DNA from: Anthoceros angustus
Taxonomy: Eukaryota; Plantae; Anthocerotophyta
Assembly: GCA_010909165.1 (NCBI GenBank)
Contig: MU008183.1
Coordinates: forward strand, 124,001 to 188,000
Direction of reading: 5' to 3'
Length of the DNA stretch: 64,000 nucleotides
Within the stretch, counting starts at the first letter, position 1; the number at the start of each line of letters is the position of its first letter. The notes under the pieces are model-generated. The model was not told the DNA's origin. It made no database searches and worked only from the letters and a program-made list of their open reading frames with translations. Below are positions 27,472-39,989 of this stretch, in pieces. The translations under genes were made by a program, and so were the position numbers.

Positions 27472-27638
27472 CAGGATCAGAGCAAATTCCTTCCCCTATC
27501 CCCTTCAGCATCGGCTTGTATCCTCTTGACAGCCCCGGCAGTCAGCAGCAGATTGCCAACGCCATGTCTGACTACGAGTCTTACGGCAATTCCATGCTCT
27601 TTGGAGGATCCCAGGCTGATCAGAGCAAGTTCATGTAG
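25030..27638 (+). CDS. group III WRKY transcription factor
   Basis: DDGFTWRKYGQKDILGSRFPR, an intron, then SYYRCTHKNELGC-x23-HSC (C2HC finger). Introns at about 25976-26110 and 26243-26380; poly-Q/A tracts. The reading frame of the 5' part is inconsistent, so the start is tentative. Confidence 0.88.
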
Positions 27639-30123
27639 ATTCCTTTTTATCTTCTGCTCGGCCATTTCCCTTACAGGCAGAGGGAGCAACTCAGTGCAGA
27701 GCAGTGCACACCACCCTGTTGGCACTATTGGATCTGGTGGAGTTCTGAGCTGTAGGCAGGAGGAGCTTAGCCTCAGCTCCTTGCAAACACAAGAGGAGTG
27801 TAGCCTCCAAGAAGCTCTGCAGACCACCATCACCGACAATGACAAGGTTCTCGACTAACATGATCAAAGGTCCTACTTAAGCTTCCCTACATGTAGCTTT
27901 GACACATTTTTGTTCTCTCTCTGCCAGGGTTAGTCTAACGGAATTTAGATGAGTCACACACAAGAGTAACATGGCTTCCAGCAGCCCATTCTTTCTGCTA
28001 GATGAACGCAGCATCGTTGATATGTGTATGTAAACATGACATTACTCAAAATTTTCAACATTGTCACTGCTGGGGGCCACTTTCCCAGGTGACATATGTT
28101 ACCACGTCTCTTGCCCTTCCTGTTCCTGATAAGCACATACAGGAGTGTGAGCCAGTGCCACCGGCAATCCAGAAAAGAAAGAGAAGGCTGTCCTGCAGGA
28201 TCTAGAAGAAGCCATGTGGGTAGTCCTGAGAGGGCCCAGCCAGCCTCGAGAATCCAGCTGTCTTGCATTTGTTGTCATGCCTTGCAAGTACTAACAATCA
28301 GGCAGGGCATGGCGGGGCAAGGCGAGGCACCTTCTCGCCCCTTTCCTGGTGTCTTTCTTGCTACAAGCCATGGAGGCGAAAGCCAAAGACATAGTGATTA
28401 ATGAAGGAAGGTGCTAATCTAAGACAAGGTTTGTGTGTGTTGTGTAGGCGTGGATGGATTAGGGTTCCAGCATGGATGATGGATGTATGTACAACAAGCC
28501 ACTGGCAGGACGATGATGCCAGGGATTGACTTTTGCAGGGACGGTGAAGGCCAGTGGGCGGAAGGAGCAGACTGGTACAATGGTAGCAGAAATCACGTCC
28601 AACCTCCCACCCCCCAATTATGAGGGGCGAGCCAAGCAGCCCATGCCTCCTGTACTGGGCCCGACGAAAGCTAGGGTTGCTGTTGCACAGCGACTTCGGC
28701 TGGCTTTACCTCCTTATTCCCCCTCCTGCTCCTGCTCTCAAGGTCAAAGACACATCCCCAACCTCGCCAGCTATGGCAGTACTGTGTACCCTTGCCCTGT
28801 GCCCTCGAGCCTCCTGCTTTGGTCCACACACATACACAACACACATGACCTGGATCTGATCTGATCGGATGGGGTCTGGGCGGTTTCTGAGGGGCAGGAC
28901 AGTCAGTGCCTACTCTGGCTCTGCCTGGCAGTTGTGCTTGCTTGCGTTCTGTCTGCCTGCGACGAAATGGAGGAAGAGTGAGTCAGGCCTGTGAGCACAA
29001 GCAAGTAGCACTCCGTCACGCATGTTGTTGGGGGAGTTGTTGGTGTCAGGTCTGCCTCTCTCTCTCTGCCCAGAGGTGGGATCCTTCTGGATTTCTGCGA
29101 CTCTCGCATGCGGGAAGCTTGACGAGAAGGTGCAGGGTTGCAGGCATTCATACCTCCCTTGAATCGGCTGAGAGAAGGTGCATGACCAAAGATGCTGCTC
29201 CTGCTGCTGCCGATGCTGTGGCGCACAGGGATACAAAGAGTTTTCTTACATATGCCTAATCATTCCAAGCTTGGGCAACAAGGTAAGTGTACATGAGCAT
29301 TGCAATTACGACGAGACTCTTCATGTTCACAATGCAGATGCTCCAAGACAACGACCTGATGGGCAGGTCACAGGTCAGTCAATCTCTGAGCGACTCTCAC
29401 GTTTCTCGCATTCTCTCTGACCTGCAATGATCCGATCCATCTAAAAGTGCCCACCAGCAGCTGCCGCTGCTGCTGCGGCGGCTTTCTTTCACAGTACAGA
29501 AGTGGAGTCACAAGATAGTGATTGGAACCTCCCTTTCCACAGGTGTCCTTCCCTTTTCCTTGTTGCCCTTGAGCCGATGAAGGAAGAAAAGACCTTGTGT
29601 CTATGTCTCTGTGTTTCTCTTTGGGAGGTACTGATCATCCTTGCTCAGAATCACTATCTACCCTTAACTTATTTGCCTGATGCACAGAAAGTGCTGGATT
29701 GCGGCATCATTCTCTGTTTGCTTCACTGTCTAAAATACGTGAGATTGTCTGTCTGACTAGAGACTGATCTCCCATTCGTTTGTGTGGTCGTCCTGCAACA
29801 AGAGGAAAACACCGGACAGCTTTCATAAGACTTACATAAGCTCATAGTAATCCGTGCTGGTGGAAGGTATGCACTATCTCAGCTTTCATAAGACACAAGC
29901 TCGTACTGCGCCAGGCTGCTGGTTGAGGAAGGTTTGCACAATCTGAAATGTTTCCACTCTCGAGTTTGTCTGCGAGAACCCTCACATCAACTCAAAAGGG
30001 TTATCCATTCATCCTGCCGGGCGTGCTGTCCCCTTCCTCCAACAATGCACAGGGCCCTCTCTGCCAGAATGGCTTTGTCATTCATCCATCATGCCATCCT
30101 GCTTGCTTGCTATGCAGCCCTTC

Positions 30124-31413
30124 TCACAAGTGAGACTCCGAAATGGCTCGCAGCTGCGCCTGGTACTCAGAGATGCTGCCGTCGTCAACCATAAACCCGC
30201 CCCCGCCCACCGACTGCGGCCCCGAGTGGCAACTCCGGTGGTGAGGTGCGACAGGCGTCAAGGCAGACCAGCGATGGTACCCGGGGTCATCAGCAGCCAT
30301 GTCATTCAAATCCTGCAACATCTCCAGCGCATCCGCTACATCCACCATGGGCGGCCTCAGCCTGGGATCCAAGCTCAAACACCTATGAGCCAACCTCCCA
30401 GCCTTCCAGGCAGCCTTCATACTAAACTTGCCCTCCAGCCTGGGATCCACGATCTGCAGCAGCTTCTGCTTCTCGCTCCTAAGAAACGGCCTGGCCCACT
30501 CCACCAAATTCTGCTCCCCGGGCGGCCGCCCCTTGTCCACCGCCCGCCTCCCCGTCAGCAGCTCCAGCAACACCACCCCGAAGCTGTACACGTTGCTCTT
30601 TGGCACCAGGTACCCGCTCATCACGAACTCCGGGGCCCCGTACCCGTGCGTGGCCATCACCCGGGTGGAGACGAAGCTGCTGTCGCCTTCCGCGTTCTCG
30701 TCCGCCAGCCCGAAGTCCGTGAGCTTGGCCGTGTAGTCCCCGTCCAGCAGCACGTTGGACGTCTTGAAGTCGCGGTATATCACCACCCGCCGCTCTGGCG
30801 TGGGTGTGTGCAGATACGCGATTCCCTGCGCGGCCCCGAGCGCAATCTCCATCCTGGTGTTCCATGCCAGAGCCGCAGCACATCCCGCCTGCGCGGGGAA
30901 GAAGAGATGCTCCGCCAGGCTCCCGTTCGAGACGTACTCGTACACCAGCAGCCGATTCCCCCGCTCACAGCAGTAGCCGTAGAGCTTGACGAGGTTCCTG
31001 TGGTCCAGGCTCCCGAGAAACTGCACCTCCGCCATCCACTCCCGCACCGGCTGCAATCCCTCGGCCTTGAGGAACTTGACGAGAACCGGGATCCCGCGCC
31101 CCGGCTCCGCGGGCGAGGTGCCGTGTTCCTGGATCCAGCCCTTGAACACGCCTCCGACTCCGCCATCGCCGTCTCCCTCGCCGGGGAAGTTGTCGGTTGC
31201 CGTCTTCAGGTCCTTGAAGGAGAAGACGCGCAGGTTGGAGCAGAGCGAGTAGGTAGAGCTCAAATCATCCCCGGAGAAAGATGCCGCTGCCAAGCCCTTG
31301 CCCTTGTCCTTGTCCCTCCCCTTGTCCTTCTCCCGGATGCTCCCGGCCGGGAGGCGCTGCACTCGGATGGACGGGCTCTCCACTCTGCTGCTCGCAGAGC
31401 AGCAGTTTCCCAT
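30124..31413 (-). CDS. divergent RLCK-VII kinase, paralogue of 4181-5551, intronless
   Basis: MGNCC start; [48 protein letters not shown]. The Gly loop is altered and SNVYSFG replaces SDVYSFG. Confidence 0.9.
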   Translation of the reverse strand: MGNCCSASSRVESPSIRVQRLPAGSIREKDKGRDKDKGKGLAAASFSGDDLSSTYSLCSNLRVFSFKDLKTATDNFPGEGDGDGGVGGVFKGWIQEHGTSPAEPGRGIPVLVKFLKAEGLQPVREWMAEVQFLGSLDHRNLVKLYGYCCERGNRLLVYEYVSNGSLAEHLFFPAQAGCAAALAWNTRMEIALGAAQGIAYLHTPTPERRVVIYRDFKTSNVLLDGDYTAKLTDFGLADENAEGDSSFVSTRVMATHGYGAPEFVMSGYLVPKSNVYSFGVVLLELLTGRRAVDKGRPPGEQNLVEWARPFLRSEKQKLLQIVDPRLEGKFSMKAAWKAGRLAHRCLSLDPRLRPPMVDVADALEMLQDLNDMAADDPGYHRWSALTPVAPHHRSCHSGPQSVGGGGFMVDDGSISEYQAQLRAISESHL

Positions 31414-31545
31414 TGCCTTTCTTTCTTTTCTTCCTCCCTGATTCCTGCTACCAAGAGTTTCCCATTGCCTTTCCTTCTTTTCTTCCTCCCTGATTCCTGC
31501 TATCAAGAGTTTCCCATTGCCTTTCCCGATTCCTGCTACCAAGAC
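31405..31545. repeat. 52-bp tandem repeat that duplicates the kinase start codon
   Basis: AGTTTCCCATTGCCTTTC...GATTCCTGCTA(C/T)CAAG occurs three times (third copy internally shortened). Confidence 0.9.
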
Positions 31546-34500
31546 AAGCAGGAGCTGCACCCAGCCGCGGCCATGGCCTCCACCTCCCTTCCCTCCCGCT
31601 CCTCCTCTCCTGTGCCGAGAACCGTGTCTGCCTCACCCCGGGCTGCCATCGCTCCCTGATCTGCACCTACAGAAAGATGCCGCCTCCTCATCAAGGCTCT
31701 TGAATCGTCCGCACCTTCGAAATCGTATAAAGGTCCGATGCCTGGCCCGAGGATGGAGCTGGAAGCCGCGCCCTGGCCGCGGCCGTTTGCCCATTCACAC
31801 CACAAAACACAACACGTGCATTGCAGTGCAGTGTCCTAGTATCAGTCCCGCCAGTCAGAACGCCATCTCCCGCCTTCCGACTTCAAACACGTTAAACCAG
31901 TCGGCCAGTAGCTGCGAGGCGCAGCAACACAGGTTTATCTCGTCTGCTTGCGCGCCTTCATCGAATCCTGCCTCAGCTCAGGCTTCAGCTGAGCTCTCGG
32001 CTGTCGCCGAGAGCTGAGCAGGGCTGGAAGAAAGGTAAAGAAAGGTGAAACAAGGTGAAACGAGGTGAAATCGGATGAAACTCACACATTTGAATGCATC
32101 CAGCTGCAGGCAGCTGGGTCCTCGGTGCCTGCGGCCTGTCACATCAGCCCGGCCGGTCGTGAAACTGGCTGGCTCGATCGGAATGGCCACCACGAGTCAC
32201 GGCTGGGCTCAGTCCCCGTCGCGTCGCTATCACACCCCATGGATGATGATTTAATGATGGTGAATTGAAGGCAGAAGTAAAAGCCGATTTTTCAGCCAAG
32301 ACGACAGGACCCACATCCTCGTGCCACTCCCGACAGGCGGGGCCCGGGCCCCGGGCCCGGCCCCTGCCTGCCACGTTTTCACGCTTTCACCTCGTCAAGG
32401 CACGTGCGGGCCACTTCCATGGTTAATACCCAAATGGTTTTCACACTACGGACTACGGACTACGGCTCCGCCAAACCAACCCACTCATTCGTTTTGTCAC
32501 ATTCAGAGTACGGTATATTATTAAAATTATTTTTGGCATATTCTTTGGATATCAACTTATTTATTAGTTTTAAATAAAATATATTATTCACAATGTTAAG
32601 TGAATGGTTTCATGGTAGAGGAAATAGATACCTATCAAAAATATTTTTAGCTTTGGAATTAGGTTCATGGTCATGAGGTTGTGGAAGAAGTTTGTGCCCC
32701 ATCGTGGGTTGTCCCCTTTCGCCTCGGGGTACATGGGATTTCCCATCTCGTTTTTTTTTTTTAAAGTCTCCACATATGATTATGAAGAAGTTGGTGATGG
32801 ATATGGAAGTTTGAAATGTATGACGGCATGATAAAGTTCTTGTGTATTGTAAGAAAAGATATAGTGTAGGAATACGATGAGCACAAGTTTTTCAAGGAGC
32901 CTTGTTAGGGACAGGGTACATTCATCGACATATTCTCAGCTCTTGGGAGACATGTGTTTGGTAGAACTTTGAAGAAAATCAATGAATATATGACATACAA
33001 GGCTTCTACCAAATGAAAGATACGACTCGTGGACATCCATGAACTATGAGACATATCGGCATTCCTTATACTATCATATATGGAGCGTTAACTAATTACT
33101 ATCAATATTGAAAACAACTAGTGTACAAAAATCTCTCTTTGGCTTTCTAATCCAAGCCTTTAGCTTCGGAAACCAAGATTCCCCAAACTTTATATCGATA
33201 TTGCAAGGACTTTCCAAGCTGTGGTAATCAATTATGGGACATGTCTAAACGTCAAAGTGGATCCAAATGATACTTAACTATAATAGCAAGATAGATTAGC
33301 CTAGATCGAATAACAGAGTTTGCATATCCCAACAGAGTTTGCATATCCCTAGAATCAGAGGAACATAATCAACCAAAGATAGCCAAGAGTCCATTTTCCT
33401 AAAATGTGTCCCAAGCGGTTCTAGGAAATTTTTCTAATGTGAATATGTTTTTAATTATTTAAGAAGTCTCAAGTGAAACCGTCGTTTTGCACCAAACCGC
33501 TCCTAATTCTGATGTGTTTACAATTACTACTGTCATAGAACCCTTGCGAGGGTTTCTTTCCCACCGTGCCTTCTCCCCTCCATAATCTCCAACCACTTCG
33601 AAGATTGCTACCCTTTCTACATAAGACCATGGAGCAAATGGAAACTAATAGTACTTTGAAACTAAAATCAAGACCATCCGCCTTGCTAAATATCAATTTC
33701 ATCAAAAAATGAGTTGTGGGCATTCCCAAAGTGTTGTGTGGGACTTGTTGAAAACTAAAGGAGGACATCATGAGATTAGTAAAACAAAAACATTCCATTA
33801 CATAATAAATGAGAGTAGAAAATAATTAATATTTGATAAATACCAATAATGATATTATGAGGTGAGTGAATATCCTTTGGTCAGAAAATCATACATAGTT
33901 GTTAGTTACATAACTATTAGCACACTTGAATATATTATATTTTTCATGATAATGGGAATCCTAGCAGCCCAGTCTATAGCCCAGACTTTGGGGATAAGTT
34001 TTTCTAGCCAGCTCTTCAAACAATGGTCATGCCGTGTACGGTCGGTGGATCAGGCCATGGTCCGCCGTGGCACCGGTATAGTAAGTGCATGCCGGTTGTT
34101 TTGGCAGGACCATGCATTAAGGTGTATTTAAGCTATATTCCAGATGGATATATTGAAGTTGATTAGTAAATATATATTCAAACGTCACGTATGAGTAATA
34201 TTTCATTAATTTATTAATATTTTATAGAATAAATAGAGAAGCTCATAGTAAACAAAATGTGTTAAAATAATAGTTTACATTATCGAGGGAGATTATAATA
34301 GTCATCCATATTATGTTAAGCCTAAGCGCTATATAAGTGATTCGATGCATGGACTTTGTTGTGGAATATTACCTTACCTATGTTTTTAGTGGGTTCGGTG
34401 TGTAATATTGTCTTGCATATGTTTTTTGTGGTTAAAAGGAGATTGAGTTGATCCAATATTGCAAAAGGGGAGAAGATAACTTGGTTTAAGGTGAAAGACC

Positions 34501-35271
34501 TTGTTGTAACATGGTGAAAGCTATAACTAGGTGGGAGGAGTTGCGGGCAGCCGGATTTTCTATCGAAGATGCGGATTCCATGGTATCGGGTGCCATCTTC
34601 CACAAAGAAGTAGAAGATGATGGGTTCATGGTTTTGCACTTTCTTCCACGGTGCAAGGCATACCAAGGAAAGAAGCCTAGGATGAGTGCTCTTGGAGTGG
34701 ATGGTCCTGATGTTGACGGAGGGAGTAAGCATGTTTGCATTTGCTCTTGTTTAAATTAAGTGTCTTGTCCGGAGACTAGTGTTCTCAAACTTTAGAATTT
34801 GCAAATGCATATGCAGATGGAAGGAGCAAGGAAGCGGAGGGGAGTGGCTACGGACAAAGGTTGGTTGTGATCCGTTCAGTTAGTTGTTTTTGTGCTAGGG
34901 TTGATTTTAGATTGCTGTATATCCTTGATGTGTTTGATTTCCTGTGCCCTTGATATGTTTGATTTCTTATGCTTCTCGCTGTGTTTTGCAAGTAGCCAAG
35001 GAGCCGAAGCGAGAGGACAGCCTAGGGCCGGAAGCAAGAGGAAGACTAGATAAGTGTTGAGGCGCTAGGAAGGCTAGATACATGTGGATGTGATTGCAAA
35101 CTTGGATAACATGTTTTCTTTGCGCTGGATATGAACAGAAAACAGGGTGTATTTTACGATTACGACGATCGATAAAACTTCGTGTTGCATCGAGCTGGTG
35201 AGATGTTGCAAGTGGGAAGTCCCACATGCAACATTCCACCAGCTGAGCACTGGAAACCTAGTCCTTGATTC

Positions 35272-38200
35272 TTACGGTCGACCATTACAACTGCAATAAC
35301 CAGCTGCAAATCGATGCACACGATACCCATCTCTTACCACAATGTCACGCTTTTCGACCTTTGACATGATCTGCGTGGAACTGTGGCAGTCGCTGCACAT
35401 CCGTAGATTCTTCGTTACCACCAGAGGTGTGCCACTCGGAGTGTGGAGGAGACCAAACGCCAAAGCTAGCTTCTCAGCATGCCCGCAAAGCGCATCTTCC
35501 TTTTCCTTCTCAGACAGTGGCTTCAACACCAGCTTTGTGTCTGGTACATGGCGCCCTTCCTCCTTCAGACGTGTATTCATGAAGTCTGCCTTCAGCGCAA
35601 TCTCATCATCTCTGTTTTCTCCCACCACAAATGTATGTACCTGCTTCTTCACCTCAATGCCCGCCACTGCAGGTTTCTTGTTAGCTCCCGCGACAATTCT
35701 CTGTGTTTCAATCCTGTCTACGTCTGTCCACCTACCTGCATCTGCATAGGCATTGGCCATGAGCACATATGCAGATGCACCCTGAGGCTCCAGTCTGACC
35801 AGACTTTCATAACAACGCGTGGCCCTCTCTATATCCCCATGGCCTTTGCAGGCATTCAGCAAAGATGTTAACCCAACAACGTTACTTTGGCTCTCACATG
35901 ATAGTAGCATGTTCTCTGCCTCATCTAAGTGGCCTGCACGACCAAGAAGATCGATCATGCAATTGTAGTGCTCAACACTAGGTTTGATGCCATGCAGGTC
36001 CACCATGGAATCAAAGTGCTTGCGACCCTCGTTCACCAATCCCGCATGACTGCATGCTACTAGAAGGCAAGTAAATGTAGCACCATCAGGCTGAATACCG
36101 GCGACTAACATCTCCTCAAAACAAGCTAGTGCGTTGTGACCTTCATCGCAAGTACCATACCCAGCTATGAGGGCAGTCCATGTCACCACATCCTTTGAGG
36201 ACAAGCTGTCAAAAACCCTCCGCGCATCTTCCAGTTCGCCACATTTTACATACATGTCCACCAGGCAGTTGCCAACCATTACATTATCTAACTGTCCTCT
36301 TTCCACGATCTGTGAGTGCAGCTGCCTGCCCTTCTGTAAGGCACCAGCACTTGCACACGCTTTCAGAAGGCAAGCAAAAGTAACATGGTCAGCCACAATC
36401 AGGCCCTCCTGCTCCATTTGTCCATACAGAAGCGCCTCTTGGCCAAGTCCTTGCTGTGCATACCCAGCAATCAGGGCATTCCATGTCACCACATCCTTTG
36501 TGGCCAAGCTGTCAAAAACCTGGCGTGCATCTTCCAGTTCGCCACATTTTGCATACATGTCCACCAGGCAGTTGCCCACCAGTATGTCATCCAGTCCTCT
36601 TCCACAATCTGTGAGTGCAGCTGCCTGCCCTTCTGTAAGGCACCAGTGCTTGCACAGGCCTTCAGAAGGCAAAAGTAACATGTCAGCCACAATCAGGCCC
36701 TCCTCCTCCATTTGTCCATACAGAACAAGCGCCTCTTGAGCTGTGCATACCCAGCAATCAGGGCATTCCATGTCACCACATCCTTTGTGGCCAAGCTGTC
36801 AAAAACCTGGCGTGCATCTTCCAGTTCACCACATTTTGCATACATGTCCACCAGGCAGTTGCCCACCAGTGTTATCTAGCTGTCCTCTTTCCACAATCTG
36901 TGAGTGCAGCTGCCTGCCCTTCTGTAAGGCACCAGCACTTGCACAGGCCTTGAGGAGGCAAGCAAAAGCAACCTCGTCGGCAAAAACCAGGCCCGCCTGC
37001 TCCATTTGTCCATAAGCAACAAGTGCCTCTTGGCCGAGCCCATGATTTGCATACCCGGCTATCAGAGCTGTCCATGTCACCACATCCTTTGTGGCCAAAC
37101 TGTCAAAAACCCTACGCGCCTCTTGCATTTCGCCACATTTTGCATACATGTCCACCAGGCAGTTGGCCACCATTAAATTATCTAGCTGTCCTCTTCCACA
37201 ATCTGTGAGTGCAGCTGCCTGCCCTTCTGTAAGGCACCAGCACTTGCACACGCTTTCAGAAGGCAAGCAAAAGTAAGATCGTTACACACAATCAGGCCCT
37301 CCTGCTCCATTTGCCCATGCAGAAGAAGCGCCTCTTGGCCAAGTCCATAATTTGCACACCCAGCTATCAGGGAAGTCCATGTCACTACATCCTTCATAGC
37401 CATGCTGTCAAAAACCCTCCGTGCATCGTCCAATTCGCCACATTTTGCATACATGTCAACTAGGCAGTTGCCCACCAGTATGTCATCCACGTGACCCCTG
37501 TCTACAATCTGTGAATGCAGCTGCCTGCCCTTCTGCAAGTCACCAGTGCTTGCGCAGGCTTTCAGAAGGCAAGCAAAAGTAACCTCGTCAGCCACAGACA
37601 GGTCATCCTCCTCCATTTTTCCGTAAAGAACAAGAGCTTCTTGACCAAGCCCATGATTAGCATACCCAGCAAGAAGAGCCGTCCATGTCACCACATCTTT
37701 TGTGGTCATGCTGTCAAAAACCCTGCGTGCATCTTCAAGTTTCCCACATTTTACATACATATCCACCAGGCAGTTGCCCACCATTGTGTTATCTAGCTGT
37801 CCTCTTTCCACAATCTGTGAATGCAGCTGCCTGCCCTTCTGTAAGGCACCAGCGCTTGCACAGGCCTTCAGAAGGCAAGCAAGAGTAACATGGTTACCCA
37901 TAATCAGGCCCTCCTGCTCCATTTGCCCATGAAGAAGAAGCGCCTCTTGGCCAAGTCCATGATTTGCATACCCAGATATGAGGGACGTCCACGTCACCAC
38001 ATCCTTTCTGGCTAAGCTGTCAAAAACCCTGCGTGCATCTTCCAATTCGCCACATTTTGCATACATGTCTACCAGGCAATTGCCCACCAGTATGTTATCG
38101 AGCTGGTTTCTGTCCACAATCTCTGAATGAAGCTGCCTGCCCTTCTGCAGGGCACCTTCGCTTGCACAGGCCTTCAGAAGGCAAGCAAAAGTAATGTGGT

Positions 38201-39686
38201 CAGCCACAATCAGGCCCTCCTGCTCCATTTGTCCATGCAGGAGAAGCGCCTCTTGGCCAAGCCCGTGATTAGCATACCCTCCTATAAGAGCCGTCCATGT
38301 CACCACATTTTTTGTGGCCAAGCTATCAAAAACCCTGCGAGCATCTTCCAGTTCACCACACTTTGCATACATGTCTACCAGACAAGTGCCCACAAGTATG
38401 CTATCTAGTTGACCTCTTTCCACAATCTGCGAGTGCAGCTGTTTCCCCTTCTGTATTGCACCAGCGCTTGCACAGGCCTTCAGAAGGCAAGCAAAAGTAA
38501 CATGGTTACCAACAATCAGGCCCTGCTGCTCCATTTGTCCATGCAGAAGAAGTGCCTCTTGGCCCAGCCCATGATTTGCGTATCCACCTATCAGGGCTGT
38601 CCATGTCACCACATCCTTTGTGGCCAAACTATCAAAAACCCTGCGTGCCTCTTGCATTTCGCCACATTTTGCGTACATGTCCACCAGGCAGTTGCCAACA
38701 TATAAGTCAGGAGGAATGCCAGTGTCCAACACGTCAAAGTGCACTTTTCTGCCAGATTCCAAGTCCGCAGCAAATGCACAAGCTTGAAGGGCTGCTACAA
38801 AAACGTGAGCATCTGCCTTCGCACCTGAGCTACGCATCTCATGGTACAGTTGAATGGCCTGGTGAGGTTTCCCCTGTTTAGCATGTGCAGATATTATGGA
38901 AAACCACATGAAGACATCTGGTTTTCCCACCCTGGTGAACACATCCATAGCCTCCTGTAGCCTACCTCCAAATGCATACATCCGCAAGATATGGTTCCCC
39001 AAGTATGTATTCGACTCGTAGCCAAGTTTGACAGTGAGATGATGAACTCGTCGCCCCACGACCAGATTCTTCCTAGCTGCACACAGTTTTAAGACACTAT
39101 ACAACAGAGACTGAGGAACAGGACTGTCTGTCTGCGCCAGAAATTCCAGGGCTCCAACTGCCTCTGTAAGCTTCCCCTGCTGGCATAACGTGCTGACGGT
39201 CACAGCCGTTACGACCCCCATTTCCCATCCTGCACGCCTAGCAGGCTCCGGCTTATCAGGAGAGCTCGACTTGAACGGAGACGCACAATGACCCATCTGC
39301 ATATCTAGCGAAACGAGCTGCCCATCCACCCAAGCTGGCTTGAACATGCTGCTTAACCAGAGGACCTCGCCGGACCCCTTACGCCAGAAGTCAGGTGAAC
39401 GGGAGCTCTTCTTATCTCGCCTGTTATCCCACCACATGGCAGGGTCCAGAAAAAATTGTCGCCACAAGAGCTCCTGCTCCTGGCGACCACCATCGCTGGA
39501 AAATCCTTTCCCAGGTATCCATTTGCTCGGAAGTGCTGGGTTCCTTACACTGGTGCACTTGGAAGCCTGCTTGTTTGCTAATTGGTGGCTCCCCAAGGTG
39601 AGGTGGGCGGGAGCTCCTTGTTGAATCCGAGTACACCCGCCAATTTCTTGAATCCAGGGTGGATCCGGTTGCCATACTTTGGCCAT
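35272..39686 (-). CDS. PLS-class PPR protein with N-terminal OSB-like PDF motif, ~33 PPR motifs, E1/E2 and DYW:KP (GRP) domain; several apparent frameshifts
   Basis: ORFs 37182-39740, 36826-37266 and 35272-36771 join into one array of 102-aa P-L-S triplets. C-terminus [10 protein letters not shown]...[14 protein letters not shown]...[10 protein letters not shown]...CSCNGRP. Confidence 0.9.
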
Positions 39687-39989
39687 CTCACACGAACCAC
39701 TCTCGGACGAAGAGACGCACAACGAACCATGAATGCACACTCTCGGAAGCTCGGGCCTTATTAGGTACTTACGACTGTGTGGGGAAGTGTGTGAAACCGT
39801 GAGAAGCGGTTTGATTTTGAGTTTCCTAAACAGGAAGGGAAAGGATCGGAGGGCCTAGGATTCCCAGAGAGCACAGTCCCATTTCAGTGGAAGGAGTTCC
39901 GCTATGTACCGGCCTCACCATTTTGTAACAGAGGCACTCAACACTACGGGGCCATGCTCTCGTGCTCATTGCGCAATTTCTTTAGAGCT

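Noticed and set aside
30091-31659. 522-aa plus-strand ORF
   Set aside because: Antisense shadow of the second kinase.
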